A stretch of 64,000 bases of DNA from a virus. The stretch's first letter is position 1. Every line of letters starts with the position of its first letter. Shown here in pieces: positions 19,001 to 31,900 of this stretch. Where the stretch lies: IMG/VR virus record IMGVR_UViG_3300010389_000013, positions 9-64,008 of that record, one strand, 5' to 3'. The notes under the pieces are model-generated. The model had not been told where the DNA came from and searched no databases. It saw only the letters and a list, made by a program, of their open reading frames with translations. Both the position numbers and the translations under genes were made by a program.

Positions 19001-19877
19001 TAGTTTCTCTCATAGTAACAGTGACAGTCTGACTTCCAATAATGTCGCAACCAGTCGTTTCAACTACCTGATCATATCCAGATGTAACAATTCTGCCGAG
19101 AGAGAAGAATTCATCTTGAGATTCTCTAGCAAAATACCACTGTCCTCCAGTGGTTCCAACGCCAAGAGATGAGTTACCTGCGTTTGGTGAGTTATTTCCA
19201 AATACTGGACTGTTTCCTACAATTTTTTTTGCTTTTGTATCTGGTACAGCAAATGTTCCAAGATATGGATCTCCCCACCATTCAAAAACATTTGCTTTAT
19301 TGATACCCCTAACACCACCAGTATCAGGATCAATTCTAACTACTGCCTGAGCACCAGAACCACCGCCACCAGAAAATGTAACGCTTGGTGGGTTTTGCCA
19401 ATCATATCCAGAACCAGATTGGATGATATTAACTGAAACAACCTCTCCAGATTGTATATCAATAACAGCAGATGCAGTTGCTTGAATTTCAATACCACTT
19501 ACAGGTGGTGGATCAACAGTAACAGTGGGATTTGATGTATATCCAGATCCCCCGTTTGTTACATCAATTCCACTACTAGATCTACCACCATAATCATTTC
19601 CAATGATAGAATATAGAGCAGGATAATCTGAAATATTATACTCAGATCCATCACAATACAGATATCCTTCATGTGTATATGCTGGATTATCACCAGTTAA
19701 ATAAGCATTTCCTGAAGTCTCATTTAATGCTGGGTAAGAACCACCTGCTTTGACAAAATTATGGTCAAGACTATTAGCAGTGGTTTTAAGATTAGGTACA
19801 ATGGATCCGATTGGTGTTGTGTCCACCAACATATCTGTTAAAAATCCTTGTCTGGCGTTTCTATAACTCTGAGTCAT
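16041..19877 (-). CDS. tail collar domain fiber protein, Gly-rich
   Basis: PIGSIV...GYLYCDGSEY..SDYPALYSIIG..YGG collar motif, NGGSGYT repeats, poly-Gly tracts; start MTQSYRN. Confidence 0.85.
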   Translation of the reverse strand: MTQSYRNARQGFLTDMLVDTTPIGSIVPNLKTTANSLDHNFVKAGGSYPALNETSGNAYLTGDNPAYTHEGYLYCDGSEYNISDYPALYSIIGNDYGGRSSSGIDVTNGGSGYTSNPTVTVDPPPVSGIEIQATASAVIDIQSGEVVSVNIIQSGSGYDWQNPPSVTFSGGGGSGAQAVVRIDPDTGGVRGINKANVFEWWGDPYLGTFAVPDTKAKKIVGNSPVFGNNSPNAGNSSLGVGTTGGQWYFARESQDEFFSLGRIVTSGYDQVVETTGCDIIGSQTVTVTMRETKLSGVFQHSHSVYHSIPGGESWIKESSGDRYLQDYRLGSGRVTRWYPTTGTVFTHKHGLLRLPNDDNTVATYDVFDYKGGDGGNGTLQDPTVPESEQYYLASGAQGAGSYEFQTFIPDPEFLRFQSNSTIGGRNVVTGGTPIYDYSDVWTFGTPGGPYYINLGNITGSPSVLNYEVVGGGGSGAAGTISGNNGTNSSLKIGDGSAINIVAGGGQRGNGSSGLQGGLGGDGGTKSSTGSEGTGGADGLDGSDGGNGVSGNGYPYADYPNNPNTGGLQGFLGGGVDGVLYGAGSAGVNVFVGGQSGTIDTERTSDGSFSLAGVTNATSAAFYVHGGKGGNARGGWSGSYGSRVYVELRSDQLSTFAQNTWSVQIGYNGGDGQSSNSQPSGGTASHSGRGGTGGSGHNDADGGAGGASTLLLRGSQIVVGAGGGGGAGATGYDNGAGTNGCGAPVGLQATTSPLGAGAGGTGGAYGCVGGGGGGGGGGCAVNGLTFGGSGNGGGSAGPGGGPAGDGGHGGGGCGNTGVSSYRSDYFTNGNLSTSGRTTGKVRMVVTYNNDYWTPGGGGGGGAAAWSGNVNWNDLDSPSTAEIYVGQGGAGVSASGSSSGSTANGGNGYVKVGLGKIVGYEGGNTTVSIGDIVERGSATADDWDIDIYSSGAGTGTAGNFKLPLTQVPDVKIVGGGGSGATATAVLTGNGTVGAINLTSGGSGYTEIPYVYVLNGAGGETVATATIDVGAGTVDAIVLASNSSQRYTKYLKFGGLNNQTSKTRYAEIVPVDTSNVNYISIKACRGNGVNGGDTPEEVVRMYYQLEGSTTWNLIDTIINPNATRTDPLIGDVPAVSESWDGASGDTKWYTYTVALPAVAKQNNTKIKIEQPRANVSGANDNDAETDHYGIAEIIYWKEKVTELVFVPSAGAISKPAVDSLAYTVQGETGPSITYSSGVGATDARLTLKSTTKVEPQATLDPDFDIPLIHPYRLCKYLIKAF

Positions 19878-19879
19878 AA

Positions 19880-21253
19880 TTAGATTTTGATTAGATATTC
19901 CATTACGATGAAGGGAGCACAAGCGGAATCAACAGAAACAGAAGAATCTGTTCCGATTGACATTGTTGTACTTAAATTTTCTGGCGGCACAACAATTGCT
20001 CTTGTTTTAATTGTATAATTATGTTCTCCTCTATCCAGATCAATACGGTGATTATGTAGAGTTGGGTCTGTTCCAGCGGCAATTGTTAAATCAACTGTAT
20101 CTGTAACAATATTCTCAACGTCTGTTGTAGCAGTGGCATCATTTACAGAATCGTTTGATTGTAAAGGAACAACATCATGTAAACTGTTGTTATCAAAATC
20201 TAGTGGAACTCCAGGATATCCCTGGGCATATGTGACTGGAACTTGATTTGTAAATGATGCGTCATCACCAGCACCAACACGAACACATATACCAAAAGCT
20301 GATTCTGCGTTTTTAAATCTGACAGTATTACTACCATCAGGAGAACCCTCCAACTCAGCACCATCCAAGTCGTATTGATCATTTGATATACAATTGTATG
20401 TATATTGTCCAGCACCAAAAATACAACCACCCCAGTAAACTGTTTCCTGTTCACCAACAACAAATTGCTGTCTGGAAGTTGGTCCACCACCTTCTCCAGG
20501 ACTCCACTTGCTCATTGCTCTGCATGGTTCCTGAGCACTTCCTGGCTCTCCACTACTATTTGTAGTAGCATCTAACCAGTCCTGAATTGCAATAGTAGAA
20601 GCGTTTCTATAACTAGTTCTACCTTCCGCAACTGGATTATTGCTAGAACTTTCTAGAACTGAGAGATTTCTTGCTCTTACAGCACTATGAAAGTGCGTAT
20701 GGGGATGAACTGCGTTTTCTTCAACTCCCTCAGAATCTGTGTAATGAGTATCACCAGCATAATTCCACCCAGGTCTACCACGAATTGGAATCTCCTGACT
20801 TGGGACAGTAATAGATCCAGAATATGTAATGTTTACATCTGTACCAATTGCTGATGCAACCTCAATGCCAATACCAGATCTACTAACTTCATTTCCTAGA
20901 GCATTATCCAATCGTATGTTATTATACAAACCAGCATTAGCACCAGAAGTTGGTTCTGGATATTTAGAACCAAGATCTGGAACCATAAACTGAGTATCAG
21001 CTAATTCATCAAAGAATGTTCCGTCTGCATTTCGTCTAGCAAACTTACATGCAGTTCCTACCCCTAAGACTGCTGCTAGTGCAGGATAATCGTCAGCAAG
21101 GTATTTCGTGCCATCACATTTTAAGTAACCTGCTGGCAAATTTTGTGCGTTTAATGCGTTTGTAGGGTCGCCTTCATATTGAACTGGCCAGATAATAACC
21201 TGACCAGTTAAGTTTCCATATTTTGCTCGTTCTTTTGCGTAAAATGCTGGCAT
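19880..21253 (-). CDS. tail collar domain protein
   Basis: GQVIIWP...PAGYLKCDG...YPALAAVLG...FMVPDL; ends MEYLIKI. Confidence 0.85.
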   Translation of the reverse strand: MPAFYAKERAKYGNLTGQVIIWPVQYEGDPTNALNAQNLPAGYLKCDGTKYLADDYPALAAVLGVGTACKFARRNADGTFFDELADTQFMVPDLGSKYPEPTSGANAGLYNNIRLDNALGNEVSRSGIGIEVASAIGTDVNITYSGSITVPSQEIPIRGRPGWNYAGDTHYTDSEGVEENAVHPHTHFHSAVRARNLSVLESSSNNPVAEGRTSYRNASTIAIQDWLDATTNSSGEPGSAQEPCRAMSKWSPGEGGGPTSRQQFVVGEQETVYWGGCIFGAGQYTYNCISNDQYDLDGAELEGSPDGSNTVRFKNAESAFGICVRVGAGDDASFTNQVPVTYAQGYPGVPLDFDNNSLHDVVPLQSNDSVNDATATTDVENIVTDTVDLTIAAGTDPTLHNHRIDLDRGEHNYTIKTRAIVVPPENLSTTMSIGTDSSVSVDSACAPFIVMEYLIKI

Positions 21254-22947
21254 CAGTATGCTTTGATAATGAACGTCATGGTAACATTTGGTTGTGAGGT
21301 ATCACATGTAATATTTAGAGCATTTTCTAGACTATCAGCGGTAAGTGAAGACCCATCTGCATCATTTGCTGTATGCGATGGAGGACTTGCCATAGATCCA
21401 ATTGTCTGATTAATTTCAAAACTTCCGTGGTTATGTGCTCTAAAAGACTGCTCTGTTGGATCTTTATTTTCCTTGGCAAGGTTAAGCGACATTGGCCAAG
21501 AACCATGCCTAAAAGTAAGATCAACTGTACCACTATTTCTTGCAGGAAGATTTATTCTAACTTCATACACTGGATTTGCTTCAGTTCCCGTATTTTCAAT
21601 ACTTTGAACCATACTTCCCTCACGCAAATAGTGGTACTTATTGTCCCTGTCTTGAGTATTCACGTACATTAGTGGTGTGATCTTATCATATTGATACCAA
21701 TTAATGGCACCAACACTATAACTTCTTCTGAGATCCGTTCCAGCAGGTAAAGTAAATGTATTAGACTCTGCCGTAAGAGTAACGCCAGACACAGTAAATA
21801 CTGGTGCTGTTTCTGGATCATCAATCAATCCATCTGCTCTAATTGGAGATCCAGTATTGTAACCAAAGAAATTGGGTCTAGACCTTTCTTCCATTGGTCT
21901 TGGGAAGTATCCAGTATGACAGGGAGTTTTGTGTGTATCTACTGGCACAGTGTCAATGATTTGATCTGTCTGCTGTCTAGCAAAAACAGTTTGTGTATAA
22001 GTCGTAGATGCCTGTCCAGATCCACCGCCTGCCTGAAGAATATCGGTTGTAGTCCAGTTGTCTTCACCAGCAGGAACAAATCCCCAATAATTTTTTCCCG
22101 TGCTGTCGTTAACAAACTCCATAAAAGTATCACACCTAGGAAGAGTGTTTTCCTTAGTTGGGTCACCATAAAATGTCAATCCTACAGCACCTTCTTGCCA
22201 TGTAGTTGGTTCAGATTCTGCAAGTTGACATGTGTTTGGACCTTCAGTTGGGTCACAAGGACCACCAGTGCTTGCTTCACCCGTCATATCAATACCCTGG
22301 TCAGTTCTGAATACCATCGGACCAGAAGCGTTCGGGTTAACTGAGCTCAAACTATCACTATGACCGTGAGATGGTGTATGATTGATTCCCAGTTTTCTGT
22401 TTAAAGTATAAACTGTTTCCAAAAAGTCTGGTGCTGTCAGGGTAATATTATCAAATTTAAAATATAGATTTCCTGCCAAGTTTAGTGAGAAATCAATATC
22501 ACAACTTGCTTCATATGTTGTGTTAATAATTTCTGTTTCGCCAAAATCAACGATTAAATCGCCAAGTGTGCTTCCCTGCGAATCGTAAACAGCGTCAGCT
22601 GGATTAGTCTGACCCATCTGATATGCAGGATCATCTAAGTAAGATCTTTCAAGATCCATCATTACGGTATTAGATAACTGAGGAAGTCTAAATGTTCCTT
22701 CTGTTCCGTAATATGGAAACTGATAATGATTTCCACCACTATCAGTCATATCACCACCGTAGGTGTCTCCTAACGCCGCTGCTAATAGTGGGTAATCAGC
22801 AGCGTTAAGTGTTTGTCCTGTACAGGTAATCCAACCTTTAGGGATATTAGACTCTAGGAATCCAGTACCCCCATCCCCTCCCCAGGGCATGATGGTGCCA
22901 ATCTTGGCAGCCCTCATGGTCTTTAGTGAATCGTATCTTACTGTCAT
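21253..22947 (-). CDS. tail collar domain protein
   Basis: IGTIMPWGG...IPKGWITCTGQ...YPLLAAALGDTYGG...FRLPQL; ends FIIKAY. Confidence 0.85.
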   Translation of the reverse strand: MTVRYDSLKTMRAAKIGTIMPWGGDGGTGFLESNIPKGWITCTGQTLNAADYPLLAAALGDTYGGDMTDSGGNHYQFPYYGTEGTFRLPQLSNTVMMDLERSYLDDPAYQMGQTNPADAVYDSQGSTLGDLIVDFGETEIINTTYEASCDIDFSLNLAGNLYFKFDNITLTAPDFLETVYTLNRKLGINHTPSHGHSDSLSSVNPNASGPMVFRTDQGIDMTGEASTGGPCDPTEGPNTCQLAESEPTTWQEGAVGLTFYGDPTKENTLPRCDTFMEFVNDSTGKNYWGFVPAGEDNWTTTDILQAGGGSGQASTTYTQTVFARQQTDQIIDTVPVDTHKTPCHTGYFPRPMEERSRPNFFGYNTGSPIRADGLIDDPETAPVFTVSGVTLTAESNTFTLPAGTDLRRSYSVGAINWYQYDKITPLMYVNTQDRDNKYHYLREGSMVQSIENTGTEANPVYEVRINLPARNSGTVDLTFRHGSWPMSLNLAKENKDPTEQSFRAHNHGSFEINQTIGSMASPPSHTANDADGSSLTADSLENALNITCDTSQPNVTMTFIIKAY

Positions 22948-22958
22948 CTTTTCTTAGA

Positions 22959-25900
22959 TCAGAGTTCCATCAACCACCAACCGCGTAGTGATGGTGGAAT
23001 TGTTCTTGCATCTGCAGATCCTTCAATGTCAACCGAACCAGCGTAAACTAGACCGAATGATGCATTTCTAGACTGAATGACAAGTTCGCCTGAATCCCAT
23101 GCTGTTGTTAGTGTTTGGTTAGCACCAGCGTCAATTCTTGATCCAGTTGTATCACCTTGAATTGCAGTAGCGATATTGTTAATCTTCTTCGCTCTGATGA
23201 TTAGACTTGTGTTGTATGTCAGGTTTCCACTGAGTTCAACAAATCTGATCATATCACCAGTTTGAGCATTATCTGGTAGATAAAGAACCATATTGCTACC
23301 GCTAGAAGCATTGACCATGTAGTTGTTATTAACTTGTAGTGGGTTGTCCTGTTGCTGACCAATGCCAGTTGTTGGATCAAACGCGACATAAGTGTGTCTT
23401 CTACCACCATTGCCAGTCCAATACTTCTCAATTCCGAAGGAGTCAATAGCGTTGTTCTGATAGATTCTAAAGTCTTTAGCACCCTCAGTTCCACCAACTC
23501 CCGTTCCACCAAGGTTGTCAATGTGGAACATGACTTCAGTTCCCTGCTCATCCTCATAGAGCTTACCTTTCTGGTAATAACGCTCACCAAGATAAACATC
23601 ACCTTCGCGGTTTGTAACTCTAAATGAAGTCTCAGTAGAGCAGATGCCATTCTGCTGACAATCATCATAGTAGACTTTCAGATCACCATAGAATGTAGCA
23701 GCACCCTTGAGGGTCATGCCATTAGTATTTTCAATGGGGTCTTCAATAGATCCGTCACCAGCGTGACCATCATCATTGGAGATAGAAAGAACTAGAGTCT
23801 GTCCATCAGAACCATACATCCTGAATGCACCACTGTATAGTGTGACATCATCATAGATCTTAGTATTACCACCACCAAATAGATCAACAATTGGTGTTGT
23901 AACTGCATTAGGATATCTGATGCTCTTAGGAAGTTTAATCGCAAAGAATGCATCAAGAGATCCATCAACACTATCTGGCAAGAAGAACTCATTACCAATT
24001 CTAACGAGAGTGATATAATCAAGTTTTGGTGAGATTAGATCAGCATCACGGAGTGTGATTTCTAGTCTTAGATCACTGGTGTTTGGTGTTCTTGCCTTGA
24101 GTGCAGTAGCACGTGCTCCTTGTGTTGCGGGAATATCATGTAGGAGTGTTGTTGTTCTGTCATACTTATCAAGTTTGACAACATTGACACCAGCAGCGAA
24201 GTTTTGTGCTGTTGTTCCTTCTTTTCCACGACCGCCAGTAGGATATCCAGCATTGCTGGAAGTTGGTAGGAAGAAATTACCACTCTGTTCGTATGGAGTG
24301 TCTGTAATTTGAATGATCTCAATCTGAGATCCATCAACATACATTGCACATAGATCACCGACGCTAAATGCATCAAGATTTGACTGAATTTGAATGTTGC
24401 TAGTAGCAGCAACGATAGAAGTTGCGAGAGTTGTGAATGGTCCACCACTAATTACAGACTGTGGATTGTGTCTATAAACATGTACTGCATCGGTGTCAGC
24501 GGTATAAGCTGCAGGTGAAGTTCCAAATGCCTCAGCAACCATGAATACAGTACCATGGACATTTCCAATGGTTGTATCACCCGTGCAGGTATCAACCTCA
24601 AAGGTTGTGATTGGAATTGTATTACCATTTGTGATGGTAAGTTTGTTGTTGGTTGGTGCGTTAGTAAATGGAGTTGTGCAGCTACCATTTATAGACAGTT
24701 GACCGTTAATGGTTGTGGTTTCTGAATTGAAAATTGTATCGCCAGTTGTTGTGTCAACCTCAAATACAGTCTCTTCATTTGCAGTATCACAACCATTCTT
24801 GATCTTGAACTTCTTGGCAATTTGATCAAGAAGTTCCTTGACCTTGAAGACTTCACCAATATCAAATACACTGTTGTTTGCACTTGATTCTCTACCGATG
24901 ATTACATAATCACCGATGGCAATAGAACCACCAAACTGTGCGAGATAAACGTTCTCATCATTACCAACATCATCAATTGCTTGCTCGGTCCAAGTAGCAT
25001 CAAACTGTACGATACACTTGTAGATAGCAGTTCTATCTGGATGTGCAGTGCTGACACCAGTGAAAGTACCGAATGGTTCTCTTTCAACAACAATGTAGTA
25101 AGGGGCAATGCTAATTCTTGGTAGAGAAACAACTCTTACAAATTCAACATTGCTTCCAACTGAGTTGGTATTGTATCTGAAATTGGTGATGCCATAGTTG
25201 TCATATTGATATCCACTGATGACCTGCTGATAAATCTGGAATGTAACACCAGCACCTTGTGACTGAATTGGAATGTCAAGTTGCAGAGTGGCATAATTCT
25301 TAGATTGATCAACCCATCTTACAAATGTTGGCCAAGTAGATGGATCATTATCAGTCAGATCTGTTGGTGCGATGAATCCCGCAGAAGTCCATGTTACACC
25401 ATTATCGGTGGAATAACGGATCTGTAGTCCTTCATTTTCAGCATCTGGTATTTCGCCACCATTGCTACCATTACCAACAAAAACATCAATCTCAACACTA
25501 GTGACAGATCCATTGTTGTTCAAGAATGAAGCATCAATTTCACTGAAAGTGACGTAACGTGGACCAGTTGTAGTTTCTTGGAAGATTGAACGGAATCCAA
25601 GATATCTCTGACCAGCGTCAAAACCACCATCGTTTCCTACACCAGTACCAGAATTAAAGACTCTAACACCGCCTCCAACGTCTGCAATAATGCCCTGTGG
25701 AGCATTGCCATCAAGGTAGGTGCCGAACTGTGCTTCTACAACAGATGCTGTTGCAGAGTCAGGAGAATCAATCAACAGGATGTCATTCTCTTGGAAGTAT
25801 GGATTGCCATTAGCATCCAGTGACTCTCTGAGAAGTGGTAGATAGTATTGGTTACCAGTTAGTGCTGGTAATGTCTGAGGTTCAATCTCTGGGTTGCCAC

Positions 25901-28900
25901 CGATGTTGGTGATTTCCTGCTGATAGTTAACACCACCCCAGTTGCCGCTACCAACCGTGTCAACCTCGTTATACTGAGAATCTCCACTGACATATCTCTG
26001 AACGTCAATTAGATCAACATTGCTATTGAACAAGTTGTTGCCAAGAATACCAGTTACATGAGCAATTCTGTTACTTCCTGCTTGTGCTCTAGTTGCAACA
26101 AATGAGTATGATGCAAATCCACCACATAGAGTCATATCAGAGTTGAATCTAGCAGTAGAATCAACGATCAGATTGTTTCTGATTGTGGTGCTACCACCCT
26201 GACCACCGATGGTGATCTGTGATGCGTTGGTAGCAAAGTCAAGGACAGAAGTTGCACTGTTTCCTGCGAAGAACTCAACAGTTCCTGCAGTAGATGACAA
26301 TCTAACAGTGTCAGTTAGACCTCTTCTGGTTCCTAACTGGAAGTCACCAGCAGTCTTGAATGACTTAGTACCAATCTGAGTGAATGATAGTGATTCGTTG
26401 TTGTTATATGCACCACCAATGGTGATCTTAGAGATGTTAGATTCGGTGTCTGGTGTATTGCCGATCCAGATGTTGCTATGCAGAGATGCATTGCCAACGT
26501 AGATGAACTGATCCTCAGTTGTGGTATTGAGTAAGTTTAGAGTTCCTACCTTGTTACCAACATTAAGTGTACCAACGAAAGGTGTATCAGTAAATAGGTT
26601 GACAGTTCCAGTTGTCTGTGAAGTTCTAACTTCAGCAACTGTACCGTCATCGCCATTGACTTCAATGTCATGCTCAAAGCGAGCATCATCAGTGAATCTT
26701 GATAGACCATCAACAACTAGTGCTCTGTCTAGTTCAGCGTTGGTTACGTTAATACCAACACGACCACCGTTTGTAGTAGCAACTCTTAGTGTTGCCTCAT
26801 TGTTTGGAGTTGCACTATCACCACCAACTAGAAGTGCATTGTCCTGTGCAACCTCAGTTCTGTTAGCATATACACTGTGATCAAGGAAGTCAGAGATAGT
26901 CTTACCACTGATGAATGCAGTACCAACAACGTCTAGGTTTGCACGTGGATCAGTGTTAACATCAGTCCATGCAGTTTGATAAGCATCATGCTCTGCTCTT
27001 GCTACAGTATTGATACCAAGCTTGAAGTCACCGATTGTTCCAGTTGTGGTTCTGATTGACTCAGCACCAAGAACACCAAACTCTTTCCAAGAAGAGTTGG
27101 AGAACTCCATTCTTACATTTGGATTCAGAGCATATTCAGCAGACCAAAGTCTTGGGTTATCGTTGGAAACATTACCTCTGTTCTCAACGATTGCAATCTG
27201 ACAAGATTGTGCGGTAGGATCAAATCCATTTGCAATGATCTGCCAGGTTCCATTGAATCCAGAATCACTGAAGTTACTGATTCTAATCTGTGATCCACTC
27301 GTAACACCAATCTGTTCGTTGGATAGGTTGTTACCCCAGTTGATTGTAATGACAGTGCTGCCATTCATCTGGAGGTTAGCAATGTTCGCAGTTGGAACAA
27401 TAGCGAAGAAGTTAGCGTAGATCCATCCAAGTGAACCAGTTCTGCCTACCTCATTGCCCTTGAGCAGCATATCGCCTGCCTTAGGACCACCAGCATTGCC
27501 GTACTGTACTGCCTGAAGTGAATCAAGTGATGTACCAAGACCAGTGCTATAGAGTGGCGTCTGGTTTGGTGCCATGTTGGATCCTTCAGAACCAACTACA
27601 TGGTTCTGGATCTTGTATCCTTGTGCTGCACCATTTGATCCGCGTGGGTTAAACTGGAAGACTGAAGCAGCAACTCTGTTTCTTGCGATAACAATATCGC
27701 CATTTGTATCCTGGTTAAGGAACTGATTTGTCTTGTCAAGTGATCCATCATCACCATCGCTAGGTGATACGTTAGAGATGACCTGCAGTGCATAGTCTCT
27801 AACTCTACCAAGAACGTTGATGACAACTGGTGAGTTGAATGTGCTTGGACGATCCTGTGCATCACCACCATTGACAGTGATGTACTCGTTGAAGGTTACA
27901 GGAGTATCAAACGTGGTAACGAGGTTACCGATATCTTCTGTATCATCATCCGAATCAACTAACTGTGCAGATTCTAGGAACTCTTCCTCACCAGTGATAG
28001 CGTCAATCTTACGGTTACCGATGTAGAGGTCACCGTTGGAGTTTAGACCAGTGTAGAAGACGAGACCACCATCTTGCTTCTTAGACTGTGCATAGAAGTC
28101 TTGAGTTGGGGTGAGAACAATCTCCTGTCTAGCAGGTAGACCAGTGGAGTAGTTACCAGGACCGAAACCAAGATATTCAAACGTGTGGTTACCAGCACGA
28201 GCAATAGATGGTCTACGAAGTTCAACGTAGAGTCTCTGATCAGAAACAACTGTGCTGTCACCAGCAATAGGAATACGACGATCTTCTGAACCAGAAGATG
28301 CATTACCCTTCTGTGCTCTAAGTCTGTTATCTACAGTAGAAGAGACCTGAGTGTAGGTGTTCTGTGACAGTGCAGGTTGCGAAGTGAAGTCAAGTGCCAT
28401 CTCACGGGTCATTGAACCCTTGAAGTCGTTGACTGTAACTAGACCGTGAGTGTAGTTATCTGCAGCAGAATATGTTGCAGGAGGATCAACCTCAGTTGCA
28501 TCCAACTGCTTGAACCAAAGAGGATCGTTCTTGTAGTTCAGTGGATATAGTTTGCTGATTGGCTGGGAGAACTTGAAGTTTCTGAAGTTACCCTGGTTAC
28601 CAGCACCAGTTGGGAATGGTGAGATGTTACCACGAACAGCGGTTAGATAGTAAATACCATCTTGCTGACCGAAGATACGACGCTGAATCTCTTCCGTGTC
28701 AAAGATGTAGAAGGTATCTTCTAGTTCACCAGCATCGGTTACAGACTCAACATAGTATTGGATGTTAGCATCGTCAGTGATGATATCACCAGGAGTTACA
28801 CTGTAGACTGCAGCACCATTCTGTCTGTAGTAGTATTCTGGATATCCCTTAGCGATAAGATCCTTGATGTACAGAGACTTACCAAAGTCTGCATCTGCAA

Positions 28901-31900
28901 GTAGATCAGCAAATACAGCACCCTGTGAGAATCTGATGTTATCAAACTGAGAGTAATCAATCTTACCAACAACACCCTTGAGGATGAGGTGCCACTCATT
29001 AGTTCCAGGAACGTTGAGTACAGCATGTAGATAACCGTAACCAGAAGAGTTACCGAACCACTCAATTCTGTTAGTAGCATCTAGTGACTGAGTTCTATCA
29101 GCAACGAATGTTCCTCCCTGAGGAGCAGTAATCTTGACCGTTGTGAATGTCTCATTTAGTAGACCGAGGTTTGTAATGCCCTGGTCAAAGACGGTCATTT
29201 CTAGATATTCATTGCCATCATTAGCGTCAATGAAATATCTACCAGACTGAATTGTCATGGAGACATAGTTTTGTGTCTCAATGATCTTGGCGTACTGAGT
29301 GCCACCTACGATGTCCTTCTTAAATGGATCGTATGCGTTCTCTTCATTGAGGCTGTTAGTGATAAAGTCTTGTGCGGTATAACCGATGACTTCATTTAAC
29401 TGCACTGGGTTGAAGAAACGTGCCTTGGTTACAGAACCAGCAACAGGTCTCAGTACAAGTTTTTGCGGGAGAAGTTTTCTGGTCTCGTCCTTACGCATCT
29501 TAATGGAGAAACCATTGATGGGATCACGGACTGCCTGCAGATACTTAGGAATGACATAACGTAGACGATAGATACGCTCATCTGCATCTCTTTCGTCCTT
29601 AATTCTTTCAAACCAGGAGTCATTGGTCTTATCTTGACCCGAGAGATCACTGTATGCAGTCTCATGGAATCTGGTGAGGATGCTGTAATCATACTCAGGA
29701 TCACTAGAATTCTCAGAGTGATTCTCTACCTGTAGATACCACTTACCATATACAGTTGGGGTTGTACCTGGGGTTGGATATGTTGGGTCAAATCGCATTG
29801 GCGATTCACGCTTATCAGCAAATGCCGAGAAGTCGTATGTACCAGGCTGGAATGTAATTGGGTTTACATCACCAATTGCATCTGCCTTGGTAGCGTGAAT
29901 AGTAAATACTTTCTCGTTCTGATAACGTGCCCAGAAGAATCTATCTTCCTTGATTCTACCATTACCATCAGCAACCGATGGATCAGCAGCATATGCAGCA
30001 CCAACTAAAGGTAGTGCTCCACCCTCGTTTGCACGGAAGAATACCTGATGACCAGTGATGTTATTGAATGGAACATCAAAGATGTGAGGAACATCAGTTC
30101 TGATACCAGAGTTGACAGCAGTATCAAGCACACAGGAATACTGGTGTAGATCATAGTTGTCATCTAGAACAAACTGATAAACATCAATCTCAATATCTGG
30201 ATCAATAGCTTCTACTTCAGCAGAGTGGATGTAGATACCAGCAGCAGCGTTCTCTTTGCTGCTTGCAAGCATCAACTTGGTTTGATCAGATCCATCAAAC
30301 GAACCAGCGGAAGAGTAATCTTCTGGTTTGGTAGTTCTACCAGGAGCGATGACATAATACTTCTCGTTGGTAGTGAAACCGTTTGGAAGTCTGATCTTTC
30401 TCTTGTCAACGTCAACGTACTGATTAGTTACTGTATCGTAGCGAGGACGTGGTACAAGGCGTATAGGAGTTCCAGTCTCTAGATCGTGTGGATTAGATCC
30501 CGAACCGTCTCTCAGGGTCCATACAGTCGCTCTAGAAGCGAGTTCTGTGGTGAGTTGGGTTGGTTCGTTTCTTGGAACAGTGTTGAGACCAGTCTGAATA
30601 ATCGTCGTGATGTTTGCAAAATACTGACGAATCGTGTTTGCCTGGTCAACACACTCAGGATATGTGGTGTGCTGAGTGATCGTCTCATCAACAGTAGGTG
30701 TATACTCGCTGGTGTAAGTTCCAGCGGTTAGAGTGAAGTATAGATAGGAGTTAGTGCTGTTAGCATTAGCATTAACAGAAGGACCGAATGCAAGTCCAAG
30801 TGGAGATGGTTGTCTCTCAATAGACTCTAGGTAACCAGGATTTGCAATGGTGTCGGTAATGATCTGGAACAGCGTTGTGATCGCAGATGCAACATTCTGA
30901 CAAGAACCATTAGAAACAGTTCTCTGGATGCTATTGAGTGAAGAAGGAGTAAGAACTGCGTTCTGTACAATACCGAATAGAGTATTGATTGTAGTTCTAG
31001 CATCCTCACAGGATCCGACAGAAACGCTTCTAGCAACACCAGCAAGAGATGCAGGGGTGGTTACTGCGTTAGTTACGATAAGAGTAAGATCGGTGATAGT
31101 TGAAGCAACGTCTGCACACTGAGTTGCAGCGTCAATAGTGATAGTATTATCAAACGTTTGAGTGAAACCATGAGATCCAGCGATCGTGATAGGATCGTTT
31201 CTCATTGCCTGAATCATCAGGTCACGTGCAAAGTTTAGAGACTCAACTGTCTGTGACTCTTCACCAGCAACATGAGCACCCTGTACATATAGGTTTGCCA
31301 TGTCCCAGGTACGATCATTACCACCATATGCAGTGTTGTAGGTTACTTCCTCAACAAAGTCCATGATGTCATCAATACAATCCTGTGCATTACCTGTTGG
31401 GGTTGTGAATCCAGGATTGTTTGCAAGCATCAAATCATATGCTTCATATGCAATCAGATTCTTATTAGCAATGATGAGATTACGTGCATCACCATTACGA
31501 TCAACTACAGGATCTGGTTCTTCGTAAGTGATGGTGTTGTCATAAGTTTGTGATAGACCATGTGAACCAACGACGAGAACCTTCTGGTTTCTCATTACCT
31601 GAGCAGCCATCTCTTTTGCCTGCTCAAAGACATAATTGGTCTCTGCCTCTTCTCCTGCTACATGAGCACCATGTACATAAGAATAGGATGCATCCCAAGT
31701 CTTATCGTTGCCACCATATGCTAGGTTATCAGCAACTGCTTCTAGGAGATCTACAACGTCATCAATACAGTTCTGATTGCCACCAGGGACAGAGAATGCA
31801 GGATAGACAGTGAGCATTCTCTCAACTGCCTCATTAGCGATGAGGTTCTTATTAGCGAGAATGAGATCTCTTGCATCACCATAGCGATCCTTAACTAGTT

